Source: the human T2T-CHM13v2.0 reference genome, Homo sapiens | Assembly (NCBI RefSeq): GCF_009914755.1 | Contig: NC_060929.1 | Length of the DNA stretch: 64,000 nucleotides | Reading direction: 5' to 3' (one strand) | In this document: positions 1-12,895 of the stretch, one piece after another | Position numbering within the stretch: position 1 is the stretch's first letter | Layout: every line of letters starts with the position of its first letter | Made by a program: the position numbers and the translations under genes | Notes under the pieces: generated by a model | Database searches by the model: none | Told to the model about the DNA's origin: nothing | The model's input: only the letters and a program-made list of their open reading frames with translations

Positions 1-211
1 TCCTGGGTTCAGGCAATCTTCCTGTCTCAGCCTCCGGAGTAGCTGGGGCCACAGGCATGAGCCACCACACTCAGCTAATTGTTTTAGTTTATTATAGAGA
101 CTGGGTCTTGGAATGTTACCCAGGCTGGTCTCGAATTCCTGGCCTCAAGCATCCTCCTGCCTTGGCCTTCCTAAGCTCTAGAATTACAGGTATGAGCCAC
201 CATGCCCAACC
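1..211 (-). mobile_element. Alu (AluJ-like), cut by window start
   Basis: Antisense Alu text (gtagctggg...ggctggtctcgaattcctggcctcaagc...gagccaccatgccc). Confidence 0.9.
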
Positions 212-1458
212 TGAGAAATTCTGAAGTGGAAAAATTCACCTTCCCAGCCGAATCTCTTTGTGATTGTATGCCCCAAAGTTCATTTCTATGTCCTGCCAAA
301 CCTCTAGAGAATTGAGTAGTAAACTTCAAATTGTGCTAAATACCGGGTTCAGATGAACTGAAAATCAGATTATAGCCTACACTGTAAACACAAATCTCAT
401 TTTCTTAGAGCAAATCGGGTTGCTGAAGCAGTTCACACTGACCATTAAAATATTGCGTATAAATATAACAAAGCAATTAATATGCTAATGATCCTATTTT
501 TTAATGAAAATTCAGCAAATCATCAGGTAATATATCTGATTCAAAAATAACTGAAAATCCAGGAAATAAGGTACTTAACAAGAGTAACACAAGCCATTCT
601 CTAATAGTATAAAAACATTTACAGAACTATATACATAGTTTTAATTCTCCTTTTTCACCTGGCATGAAATTTTCTCAGACAGAAAGTTAAATATGTAACA
701 TTTCTAACCAATTTAGGTAAATGTTGGATTTAACAATTTAGTTTCATTGTTATATTAGTGGACTTCCAAATACTTTCATGCAAAGCTGAAATCATAGCAA
801 TAAACTTGTTAAAAATTAGCAGAAAAGCAAGCCATTGGAGTAACTGGCCCAGGGATTGCTCTAGTATTCAGTCCAGCAAAAGGAGATAAATTATAGTACT
901 TTCTAAGTGCATTTCTGGAAAAGAATGAATCTAATCCAATTCTAATTATCTCCTATACTCTCTCTGCTTATTCAAAATCCAATCATTTTCTTCTATATTA
1001 CACTGAAATAAATAATTTTTGGTTTAATGCAATAAAAAGAGAATTGTTGGTAAATGTTATAGGGTTAAGTAAAAATAATGTTTATTTGGCAATTATCAAG
1101 TATAGGAACTGCAAAGACAAAACTATTCTAAAAGGTTTTTTTAAACATTTTAAAAAGACTTAGGAAACCAAATGTTTGAGATTCAAAGCTTGATTCTCAT
1201 AATTTGAAATTAGACAACAAAAAAGAACAGACAAATTATAAAGAAATAATTATTATTTCTCCATGGTTTTACAACAAAATTTTTTATTAAGATTTCCCAC
1301 ACGCAAGAGAACTTTCCTGCTAAAACAGGAGAATTGAGTTCAAGTAGGAAATAACCTTTTTAAAATAGAAGAACAAGTACACTGGGACAAAGTTCACAGC
1401 AAAAGACAGGCCTCGCCATGAAATTTCCCACACCTAATGAAATTAGGACTTTTATGGT

Positions 1459-1485
1459 AAAACAAAACAAAACAAAACAAAAAAC
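1459..1485. repeat. (AAAAC)n microsatellite
   Basis: Direct read of about 5 units. Confidence 0.85.
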
Positions 1486-1529
1486 AGTTCTTATTTTCAG
1501 TTTCCCAAAGAAATCATTTTCAAAGCCAG

Positions 1530-3885
1530 ACACTCTCCCTCTCCCCACCCTCCACCCTCAAGTAAGCCTTGGTGTCTGTTGTTCCCTTCTTTGTGTTCAC
1601 ATGGACTCAAGGTTTAGCTCCCACTTATAAGTGAGTTTAGCTCACTTATAAGTGAGAACAAGTATTTGGTTTTCTTTTCCCTGACATTAATCTGCTTACG
1701 ATTATGGCCTCCAGCTTCATCTATGTTGCTGCAAAGGAAATGAGCTCATTCTTTTCTATGGCTATAGTATTCCATGGTATATATGTACTATATTTTCTTT
1801 ATCCAGTCTACCATTGATGGGTATTTAGGTTGATTCCATGACTTTGCTATTGTGAATAGTGCTGCAATGAACATATGTGTGCATGTGTCTTGTGGCAGAA
1901 TGATTTATGTTCCTTTGGGTATATGCTCAATAACGGGATTGCTAGGTCAAATGGTACTCTGTTTTAAGTCCTTTGAGAAATCGCCACACTGCTTTCCACA
2001 ATGGCTGAACTAATTTACATGACCACCAGCAGCATATAAGCATTCCCTTTTCTCTGCAACCTTACCAGCATGTCTTCTTTTTTTTTTGACTCTTTTTTGT
2101 TTTCTTTTTTTTGAGACGGAGTCTCGCTCTGTCACCCAGGCGGAAGTGCAGTGGCGCCATCTCGGCAAGCTCTGCCGCCTGGGTTCATGCCATTCTCCTG
2201 CCTCAGCCTCCAGAGTGGCTGTGATTACAGGCGCTCGCCACCACGCCCAGCTAATTTTTTGTATTTCTTAGTAGAGACGGGGTTTCACCATGTTAGCCAG
2301 GATGGTCTCGATCTCCTAACCTTGTGATCCACCCACCTCAGCCTCCCAAAGTGCTGGGATTACAGGCATGAGCCACCATGCCCGGCTTTTTTTGACTTTT
2401 TAATAATAGCCATTCTGACTGACGTGAGATTGTATATTATTGTGATTTGGATTTGCATTTCTCTAATGATTAGAGATGTTGAGCATTTTTTCATGTTTGT
2501 TGGCCACATGTATATCTTCTTTTGAAAAGTGTCTGTTCATCCCCTTTGCCCACTTTTTAATGGAGTTGTTTGTTGTTTTCTTGGTAATTTGTTTAAGTTC
2601 CTTATAAATTCTGGATATTAGACCTTTATAGGATGCATATTTGGCCAATTTTTTCTCCTCTTCTGTAGGTTGTCTGTTTATTCTGCTGATAGTTTCTTTT
2701 GCTGTGCAGAAGCTCTTTAGTTTAATTTGGTCCCATTTGTCAATTTTTGTCTTTGTTGGAATTGCTTTTGGTGTCTTTGTCACGAAATCTTTGCCCCGAC
2801 CTGTATCCAGAATGGTGTTTTCTAGGTTATCTTCCAGGGTTTTTATAGTTTTAGGTCTTAACATTTAAGTCTTTAATCCATCTTGAGTTGATTTTTGTAT
2901 ATGGTGTAAGGACAGGGTCCGGTTTCAATCTGCTGCATATGGCTACCTAGTTATCCCACCCAGACATTTTTTGAATATAGCTAGTGTCCCACCATTTTTT
3001 GAGTACAGCTTCCTTTTCCCGTTGCTTGTTTTGTAAACTTTGTCAAAGGGCAGATAGTTGTAGGTTTGTGGCAGTATTTCCAGGCTCTCTATTCTGTTCC
3101 ATTGGTCTATGTGTCCGTTTTTGTACCAGTATCATGCTATTTTCATTACTGTAGCCTTGTAGCATAGTTTGAAGTCAGGTAATGTGATGTCTCCAGCTTT
3201 GTTCTTTTTGCTTAGAATTGCCTTATCTATTTGAGCTCTTTTTTGGTTCTGTATGAATTTTAAAATAGTTTTTATTTCTAATTTCATGAAGAATATCATT
3301 GGTAGTTTAATAGGATTAGCAATGATTCTCTAAATTGCTTTGGGCAGTATGGTTATTTTAGCAATATTGATTCTTCCTATTCATGAGCATGGGATGTTTT
3401 TCCATTTGTTTGTGTTATCTCTGATTTCTTTGAACAGTGTTTTATAATTCTCATTGTAGAGATCTTTCATCCCTCTGTATCTAGCTGTATTCCTAGATAT
3501 TTTATTCCTTTTTTGGCTATTGTGAATGGGATTGTGTCCTTGATTTGGCTCTCAGTTTGGATGTTGTTGGTGTATAGAAATGCACAAATGATTTTTGTAC
3601 ATTGATTTTGTATCCTGAAACTTTGCTGAAGTTGTTTAGCGGATCTAGAAGCTTTTGCCGAGACTATGGGGTTTTCTACATATAGAATCACATCATCTGC
3701 AAACAGAGATAGTTCGACTTCTTCTCTTCCTATTTGGATGCCTTTTCTTTCTTTCCCTGGACTGAGTGCTCTGGCTAGGATTTCCAGTACTATGTTGAAT
3801 AGGAGTGGTGACAGAGTACATCCTTGTGTTGTTCCAGTTTTCTAGGGGAATGCTTCCTGCTTTTGCCTATTCAGCATGGTGTTGT
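1530..3885 (-). mobile_element. 5'-truncated L1 (old L1PA/L1PB-like), ORF2 3' part plus 3'UTR
   Basis: Antisense L1 3'UTR (gtttagctcccacttataagtgagaaca). ORFs 2463..2864 ([23 protein letters not shown]) and 3467..3691 ([12 protein letters not shown]) are ORF2p remnants. Confidence 0.93.
2092..2386 (-). mobile_element. AluY inserted in the L1
   Basis: Y-type text gcaagctc...gggttcatgccattctcc and ttagccaggatggtctcgatctcc; tttttttgact on both flanks (TSD). Confidence 0.9.
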
Positions 3886-4434
3886 ACATTTTCAATAATA
3901 TGAGCTTGTGGCAGGATGACATTTAATTATCTGACCATTTCCATCTCTATGGTTTATTATTGTTTTTTGTTTAACAAAGAATGACCCTTAGTGCACAATT
4001 CCAGTAGTACCCAATCTTTCTGTTCTTGGATGGGAAAATCACATGGCATGTGGTCTAATAACTTTTTAATCCATTTTCCTAAATGTCACAAATAAGCTTC
4101 ACCAACAGTTCATTATCTGATATCACCCTTTTCATATAGCATGATGATATCACAGGCAATGGATGATAGCAGAATGGAAGAGAAAGAACTAGCCCTAAAC
4201 CAGCCCTTTGTCATATGAGGTCCAAGCAATGATAACAGTGAGTTATCATTAAAAGAAAAATGCTGATAATATAATATTTGGCCTTGCAATAAAAAAGTGT
4301 GCCTTATTGCCTAGCTCCTATTGAAATACAGTTGGTGTGGTGATAGTGAAAGGAACAACAAATACCCATCATGGATGCCCACTATCTTGTTCCGGACCTG
4401 CATTTACTAACCATCAGCTATATATATATATAGG

Positions 4435-4615
4435 AATGTAACTAATATTTACACAGCAATTTACAGTTATTTAAAACATTTCAAATAGATTATTTTATTT
4501 GATCATCATGAGAAGGTTTTAGCTAGATAACTAGTCCTAAAGTTATAAAAAGAAAATGCCAGAACCAGGATCTGTAGCCCCCAGGCCAGTATACATTTCA
4601 TCACTCACCACTCCT
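4435..4615 (-). mobile_element. MIR relic
   Basis: Degenerate antisense MIR (aactaatatttacacagcaatttacagtt...). Confidence 0.45.
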
Positions 4616-4734
4616 GTGCAGTTAGACAAAAAAGATATGTATTTCTTATACCCCCTTTCTCAAGTCAGCCTCCATCCCATTTATAAGAAAAACAGCTTTC
4701 CATGGGTATCTTCTTTCTCATGCTTGCTCCACTA

Positions 4735-4979
4735 TAGGGGGTCCAAAAAGTGGTCCAGATTCAACTGACCGACTGTTTGGTTTGGCACAGAACAGTGTTT
4801 TGTTTTTTGTTTGCTCATTTTGTTTTATTTTGTTTTGTTTTAAAGTAAATTCTTTTAAGAAGGGTAGGGGCTCACTCTACAGTTTGCTCCAGGTTCCACC
4901 ATTTCCTATTGTTTTATGCAGGGCTGCTTAAGGCATTTGTCTTGCCTGCCTGGTCTTATAGGTGTGTAAACCCTTCCTG
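4735..4979. mobile_element. MER102-like hAT-Charlie MITE
   Basis: Resembles MER102 (tgtttggtttggcacag...ccaccatttcctattgttt...ttgcctgcctggtc...cctg). Confidence 0.55.
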
Positions 4980-5719
4980 AAATACTCTCAATTGTGTATA
5001 CCAGGTCTGATTTGGTATGCTATGGTTGTGAACTTCTGATTTATAGTCTAAAATAAACATTCAAAATGAGTGCATTACATCCTACATTTAACATTAATAC
5101 ATATTTCCAAATGTATAATAAAGAAGGAAAAGAAAATCTAAAGGAAGTTACTAATGAGGCCCACTGCCTCATTCTCATGACTTCAAGACAGCTTATAAAT
5201 CTTTCTTTTTCAATCTGTTTCGTATGCGGTGGGGAATTCTGATAGCAAAATGTCATTTTATCCACATCACGAGCATAGGTAAATAGGTAAGTGATTACTA
5301 CCAGAACCAGCATTTTCTGAAGGCAGGAGACCCACATATAGACATTCTTCTCACTTGATCTTCAAACTTGCCTTTAAGGTCAGTGGCCTGATCGCATGGA
5401 CTTCAACTATATGTCCTAGAACCTGGGTTATTCAAGCCTAAATGACACCCTCTGTGGGATACCAGAAGTCCTATAAAAATCTATATTTAGGAGGAAATGT
5501 TCTCAATACACACTACTTTACAGACTGCTTAGTATCTCAATCTGTGCATCTGCACTCAGATATATGGTGACTTCCATCTCAAGAAGTAGGTATTTGCATT
5601 CTCATAATTAAATGACCATTTTTGTGACTTTCTAATATAAAGGAAGGCATCTCCAAAGATGAATTAAAGTCATAACTCTAGAGATCCAGCTGCTGATAAC
5701 TCATATGAAAATTTTGTAT

Positions 5720-6045
5720 GTCTTTTTTGTTTGTTTGTTTGTTTTTTGTTTGTTTGTTTGTTTTGAGACAGGATCTCACTCTGTCACCCAGGCTGGAGGG
5801 CAGTGGTACAAGCATAGCTCACTGCAACCTTGAACCTCTGGCCTCAAGCAATCCTCCCACTTCAGCCTCCCTGGTAGCTAGGACCACAGGCACATGCCAT
5901 CACACCTGGCTAATTTTTTAATTTTTTGCAGAGACGGGGTTTCAATTTATTGCCTAGCCTGGTCTTGAACTCCCGGCCTGAAGCAATCCTTTTGCCTTGG
6001 CCTCCCCAAAGCACTGGGATTACAGCTATGAGCCACCAAGCCTGG
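5720..6045 (-). mobile_element. AluJ with (TTTG)n tail
   Basis: Full antisense Alu with J-type text (ggcctcaagcaatcctcccac). Confidence 0.92.
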
Positions 6046-8079
6046 ATTCATATGGGAGTGTTTAAGCTAAAACAAAGTCTCTTTCTCTGCCATACCATCC
6101 TCTACTAATCAAAGACTTACAGAGCAGTACCACTATAAGCTGAAGTATAAATCTTCTCACCACACTGTCATTTTTGTTAAAATTTTCTATTTTTTAAAAA
6201 TAGATTAACAGCCAGAGTATATATTCACTCGTTCACTCAAGAAAGTTACTGAATACTTATTCTGAGCTTGTACATATCATATGCTCTAGCAATCATGTCA
6301 GATATCTAGATTTAGCCCAAATTTATACATAGAATAATATAGTTTCTTATTATTGCCTCAGAGATGTTTACTATACCTTTTAAGTTTATTAAATAGTAGG
6401 TTCAAGAAATGGCTGGTAAAAAGAAATCAGGAGAAGGTTTCCTATGCCATAGTTTCTCTTACAAATATATTTGAAATTGATTAGAAGGAACTTTTTTTTT
6501 TTTTTTAATTCTCCATGCTCTGGACCTTCTGGAGAGGATGAATGCTACTTTGTAGGGGCAGATAGTCTTCAGAGAGCCAGGTGATTTAGCATCTGCAGTA
6601 GACTGCAGATTCAGGCACTCAGATGAAGGTCTAGGGCTTCAGTCTGCAGATTCAGATTTCTGAAGGAAGGTCTAGGGATAGAGAAGAGCCGTGGCTTCCT
6701 TTCTTCTCTACCTGACCTCCAGCGTAGCAAAGATGCCAAGAATTTAAATTAATCCGATTATCCTCTGGGAGTTACCCAATCATATTATTTTGCCATAGAA
6801 ACTTAGACCCATTCCGTGAGGTTGTTCTCTAGATTGCTGGTTGCTATATACTTTAATAAACTGAGACTCTGAAGACAGAATATTTTTTTTCCTTCTTGGT
6901 GTTTGCTCTGCAGTTGTGAAATATAGCAGTTATCTCGTAAAGATGTCAGAGTGCCTGTGAGTCAGGAGCTCAGGCTGTGGAAGGGCTAACTATAATGTAG
7001 GGAGTTGTTTCAAGCATCAGAGCATAGTGACGCTTGCCTGAGACCCCATCCAATACTGAAATTCAATAGGCCCCTAGAGTGATGTATAATTTGAGAGAGC
7101 TTATTCCCATCTGCTACTTTTTCAGCAAGAACTAGAGAACTCAATCTTTACTGAGAAAAAGGAACTAAATTTTTAAAAGAGAGCCTGTGTCTATAAGTAA
7201 ATTTCCTTTTTAGTAATTAAAATTGGAAAATGAAATAGTTGCATTACAAACCAAATGCATGGAAAATATCTTCCAGGGAATCAACCCTAAGAAACATCTG
7301 TTCTCATCAGTACTAGTAATAACCTATAATAGGTTGGGGTATTTGTGATTTTTCCCCATAGGGAAATGTGTGGTAAATCTATAAGTCATAAGTCCCAACA
7401 AACAAACAAACAAACAAACATTCTACTGATTTAGTGAGCTCTCTACAGAGCAAATCCTTGGATGAAATGAGATATGTTACGTTACTAAGTGGAAAATTGA
7501 GATACAAGTTACTTTTTTCTTTCTACTACAATAGTTGTCCTATATGTTTGATTCGACTAGAGTTTTTCCAGATGTCTTAAGTAGGCACGATTAACTGTAA
7601 TAGCAAAAGACTGAACAGGAAACTACTGATCTGAACTTCTTGAGCACTTCGCCCAGATAAATGAAAAGAGAGAGTTAAAATTTTTGTATTATTTCCAGCC
7701 AGCACTGAGACAGTGAAGTTTTGTTATGAGTCTGGTGAAAATTACCCCAGAATGAGGTTGATTAGAACTTCCCTTAAAGTGAGATAACTTGGGAAAGCAC
7801 ACCCATACTGTGTCTTACACCAATCAGATGCTCATAGATGCTTCTTCTTTCTCTTCTGGTGACCAAAGTTACGGTGGAGTATAGTGGCTTCACGAAATAA
7901 ACACCTTAATTGTCCTCCCTGTCAGAGAGCATTTTATAAGAGTCTTCATTCTCTTCCATTTCTTTGAAAGAGTTCTATAGAATCACAGTGGGTTAGATAA
8001 TGAAATGGCACTGATACACCTTTCAACCTGAAAATAATCCATACATGATTAAGAGAACTAACATTAAAAATTCATTGAG

Positions 8080-8312
8080 GGCCAGGCACAGTGGCTCATA
8101 CCTGTAATCTCAGCACTGTGGGAGGCCGAGGTGGGCAGATCGCTTGAGCCCAGGAGTTTGAGACCAGCCTGGGCAACATGGTAAAACCCCATCTCAACAA
8201 AAAATACAAAAATTAGCCAGATGTGTACTTATTGTCCCAGCTACTTGGGGGACTGAGGTGGGAGGATCACTTAGGCCCAGGAGGTGAAGGTTGTAATGAG
8301 AAAAAAAAAAAA
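8080..8312 (+). mobile_element. AluJ-like, 3' part of right arm missing
   Basis: ggccaggcacagtggctca...gcttgagcccaggagtttgag; jumps from gttgtaatgag directly to A12. Confidence 0.9.
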
Positions 8313-8353
8313 TTTGAAATCTTGCAATACTTTTTCATCTCCAGTGGTAGATA

Positions 8354-8655
8354 TTTTTTTTTTCTTTGAGAATGGGTATCACTCTGTCATCCGGGCTGGA
8401 GTGCAGTAGCTCAATCACGGCTCACTGCAGCCTCGATCTCCTGGGCTCAAGGCATCCTCCCACCTCAGTCTCCCAAGTAGCTGGGACTACAGGTGTGTAC
8501 CAGTGCTCCTGGCATTTTGTTTTGTTTTAATTTATTGTGGAGACAGGGTCTCAGTATGTTGCCTAGGCTGGTCTCAAACTCCCAGGCTCAAGCTATCCAC
8601 CTGTCTTGGCCTCCAAAAATGCTGGCATTGCAGGTATGAGCCACCATGCTTGGCC
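8354..8655 (-). mobile_element. AluJ
   Basis: Poly-T followed by full antisense Alu ending tggcc. Confidence 0.92.
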
Positions 8656-9390
8656 AACAGTAGATTTTAATAAGTTGTGAGTATAGAATGTAATACCTAA
8701 AGTAATCACTTAACAAAAGCTATACAAAGAAATACACTTTAAAAATGGTATAGTGAATCAAAATTGAATTTAAAAATATTCAAATAACACAAAGAAAGAC
8801 AGAAAAAAGAAAACAGAGAAAAAGAAGAGCGAACAGAAAATAAGAAACAAAATGCAGACTTAAACCCTGTAATAGCAGTGGTTACATGTAAATGTAAATG
8901 GCCTAAATACACAGATTAAAACACATATAATGGTAGACTAGACAAAACTATATATCAAACTATATAATGTTCAATATATAGTTTTAAGAAACTCCTTTCA
9001 AAAATAACAACATAGACTGATTAAAGTTTTTTAAATAAAAAGAGATGCATTATGCAAACAGTGATCAAAGGAAAGCAAGGGTGGCTCTATTAACAAGAGA
9101 TAAAATAGGCTTCAGAGGAATGAAAATCACTAGCATGAGAGAGGAACATTATACTATGATTTTTAAAAAGTCAATCGACCAAGAAGACATAGCAATGCTG
9201 AATGTATATACACCAAACAGACCTGCAAAACATGTGAAACGAAATCTGATTGAACTAAAAGGAAAAATAAACAAATCTAAAATTATAGCTGAAGATTTCA
9301 ACACCCCTCTTTCAACAATTGATGGAACAACTAGACAGAAAATCAGCAAGGATATAGAACTTAATGGCACTATTAATCACTAAAATCTAA

Positions 9391-9735
<345 letters not shown>

Positions 9736-10539
9736 ATAATACACATTCTTCTTATGTGCCCATGGAACATATACCAAGATAAACCACATTTTGGGCCATA
9801 AAACAATTGCAAAAAATTTAAAAGAACTGAAATCATATAGATAGTGTTCTCTGACCACTATGGGATTAAACTAGAAATCAATTAAAGAACAATAATAGGA
9901 AAATCTCCAACTTGGAAGCTAAACAATATACATAAGCCATGGGATAAAGAAGTCCCAAGAAAAATTTTAAAAGTACATTGAACTAAATGAAAATGAAAAT
10001 ACTACTATTAAAATTTGTGGGACATTTCTATAGCAGTGCTGAATAGAAGTTTATAGCCCCAGATGTAAATATTATAAATGAGGAAAAGTCTCAAATCAAT
10101 AATTAAGGTTTCTTCTAAAGAAACTAGAAAAAAAGGAACAAAATCAACCCAAAGCAAGCAGATGGTATGAAATAATAAAAAGAAGAGAAGTCAATTAAAT
10201 AGAAAACAATAAAACAGTAAAGAAAATCAATGAAAAAAAGACCTAGGATTTTTTTTTAAAATCAATATAACTGACAACCTCCACAAGACTGACAAGAAAG
10301 AAGACACAGTATGCAATATCAGTAACAGGGGATATCAGTGTGAACATCAAAGGATAATATGAGAATACTAGAAACAAGTCTATAAACCTAAATTTGACAA
10401 TTTAGATGAAATGGACCAATTCCTCAAAAAATATGAATTACCACAACTCAGCCAATAATGAAATAGACCATCTGAGTAGACCTATAAATATTAAGGAACC
10501 TGGTTTAATCATTTGAGATCTCAAGAATAGAAATCTCCA

Positions 10540-10542
<3 letters not shown>

Positions 10543-10586
<44 letters not shown>
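10543..10586. repeat. (AT)n microsatellite
   Basis: About 22 uninterrupted AT units at the MLT2 edge. Confidence 0.95.
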
Positions 10587-10589
<3 letters not shown>

Positions 10590-10593
<4 letters not shown>

Positions 10594-10938
10594 GACAGAC
10601 AGAGGAAATTTATTTTAAGGAATTTACTGATATGGTTGCAGAGGTTGGCAAACCCAAAATCTGTAAGGTAGGCCAGCATATTACAGACCCAGGGAAGAGT
10701 TGATGTTGCAGTTTGTGTCCAAAGGTAGTCTGTTGATAGAATTCTCCCTCCTTCATAGGGGGTTGGATGAGGTTCACTCATATTATGGAGGGTAATCTGC
10801 TTTACCTGATGTCTGCGGATTTACATGTTACTATCATCTAAAGAGTACATTCATAAAAACATCTAGAATAATGTTTGACCAAATATCTGGTTACCGTAGG
10901 CTAGGCTAGTCAAATTGACACATGAAATTAACCATCAC
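10590..10938 (-). mobile_element. MLT2 (ERVL) LTR, 3' end lost
   Basis: Ends aattaaccatcaca, the reverse complement of the MLT2 start TGTGATGGTTAATT; internal ggagggtaatctgcttta and aatgtttgaccaaatatctgg. Confidence 0.85.
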
Positions 10939-12034
10939 AAGGAGGGAACACTTTTCAATTTATTATATAAAGCTAGTATTGCCTTGATATCAAAACCAGA
11001 CAAAGACCATTAAGGCCAATATAGCTCAAAATATAGGCTCAAAAAATTCTATAAAATAAAAACATATGGTATTCAACAATAGTGAAGAATAATTATAGAC
11101 CGTGACCAAGTGGAGTTTATTCTAGAGATACAAGACTGGTGCAATATGCTAAATTCAATCAATGTAATCTACCATTCTAACAGGCTAAAAAAATTAGCTG
11201 ACCATATCAATTGATAAAAACACTTGACAAAATTCAGTATCTATAACTAAGAACTCTCAGACAAATAGAGACAGAAGGAAACTTAATCAACTTATTCTCT
11301 TACAAAGAACTTACTCTCTTTTTGGAGAGCATTTATAAAAAAACTTATAAGTATCATTATACTCAATAATGAAAGACTGATTGCTTTCCTTCTAAGATTG
11401 GGAACAAAGCAAGAATTTCCAGTCTCACCATTCTTATTCAACATAATGCTGGAAATCACAGCCAGTGCAATAAGGCAAGAAAAGAAAAGAAAAGGAATAC
11501 AGGTTGGAAAAGAAGAAATAAAACTGTCACTCTTTGAAAAGTTGTAGAAAATCCCAAGTATCAAAAACAAAAACAAAACAAAACAAAACAAAAAAACCAA
11601 GCCTTCTAGGACTAATAAATTAGTTCAGCGAGGTCTCAGAAGACAAGATAAAAATATAACAATTAATTGTATTTTTATATAGTAGCAATGAACATGTAAT
11701 TAAAAACACCAAAATAAAAAATGCATTATCATTATAATCACTTTTTACAAAAATGTCTTAGGTGTAAATCTAACAAAACACAGAGGACTTGTAGGGTGAA
11801 AATTGTAAAATGCTAATTTAAAAAATCAAAGAAGGTCTAAATAAATGGAGATAAATACTGTCTTTATAGATTAGCAGACTCAATATAGTGACATTCTCCC
11901 CAAATTAATATACAGGTTCAATACAATTCCAGTCAAATCCCAGCCATTTTTTTCCCCTATTTAAAAGATCATTCTAAAATCTATATGTGAAGGCAAAGGT
12001 ACTAGAATAGCTAGAAACTCTGAAAATATTTGAA

Positions 12035-12331
12035 GTAATGTGGAGAACTTTCCAAAGTGAATGTAGTTATCAAGTCACACATCCAAGAAGCTCAGAGTAT
12101 TCCAAGCAGAATAATAAATTAAAAAATCAATAAATAACCCATACATATTCATGCATATTATATTGAAGTGAAAAAAAAGCAGAGACAAAGAGAAAGTCTT
12201 GAATAAGGACACAGGAGGAAAAGATACCTTACCTATAGAGGAACAAGGGAAATCACCAACCTAGGATTTTATATCAGCAAAGTTATTCTTCAAAAGTGAA
12301 GAAGAAATAAAGACTTTCTCAGAAAAGCAAA
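12035..12331 (+). mobile_element. L1M ORF1 fragment
   Basis: ORF1-like text atccaagaagctcag...ccttacctatagaggaacaagg...gaaataaagactttctcaga. Confidence 0.7.
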
Positions 12332-12895
12332 ATTATAGAAATAGAGGACAGATTAGGGGTTGCCAGCTGTAAGTGCTGGAGAGGGAAGCAGGTATGTTTA
12401 TAAAAGGGCAACATGGGCCAGGCGCGGTGGCTCATGCCTGTAATCCCAGCACTTTGAGAGGCTGAGGCAGGTGGGTCATGAGGTCAGGAGTTCGAGACCG
12501 GCCTGGCCAATATGGTGAAACCCTGTCTGTACTAAAAATACAAAAGTTAGCTGGACTTGGTGGCACATACCTGTAGTCCCAGCTACTCGAGAGGCTGAGG
12601 CAGAATCGCTTGAACCCGAGAGGTGAGGTTGCAGTGAGCCAAGGTCATGCCACTGCACTCCAGTCTGAGCAAGAGAGCAAGATTCCATCTGAAAAAAAAA
12701 AAAAAGGGCAACATGAAGTTCCTTCTGTTGATGGAAATGTTCTACACCTTGACAATATCCTGGCTGTGGTTTACATTGTTTTGTAAACTGTTACCACTAG
12801 GGAATACTGGGTAAATGGTACCTGGATCTCTCTGTATTATTTCTTACTGCAAGTGAATCGACAATTATCTCAAATATAAAATTTAGTAGAAAAAA
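12332..12895 (+). mobile_element. L1MD-like 3' end
   Basis: aaagggcaacatg...gatggaaatgttcta...ggatctctctgtattatttctta...acaattatctcaaa. Confidence 0.75.
12416..12701 (+). mobile_element. AluS (Sg-like)
   Basis: Full Alu; perfect 14-bp TSD aaaagggcaacatg at 12402-12415 and 12702-12715. Confidence 0.95.

Noticed and set aside
5272-5292. Tandem donor-like sites TAG|gtaaat and TAG|gtaagt
   Set aside because: No convincing upstream acceptor or promoter; isolated donors are common by chance
9045-9383. 112-aa ORF with endonuclease motifs
   Set aside because: Fragment of a decayed L1 ORF2 surrounded by stops and insertions; not a gene
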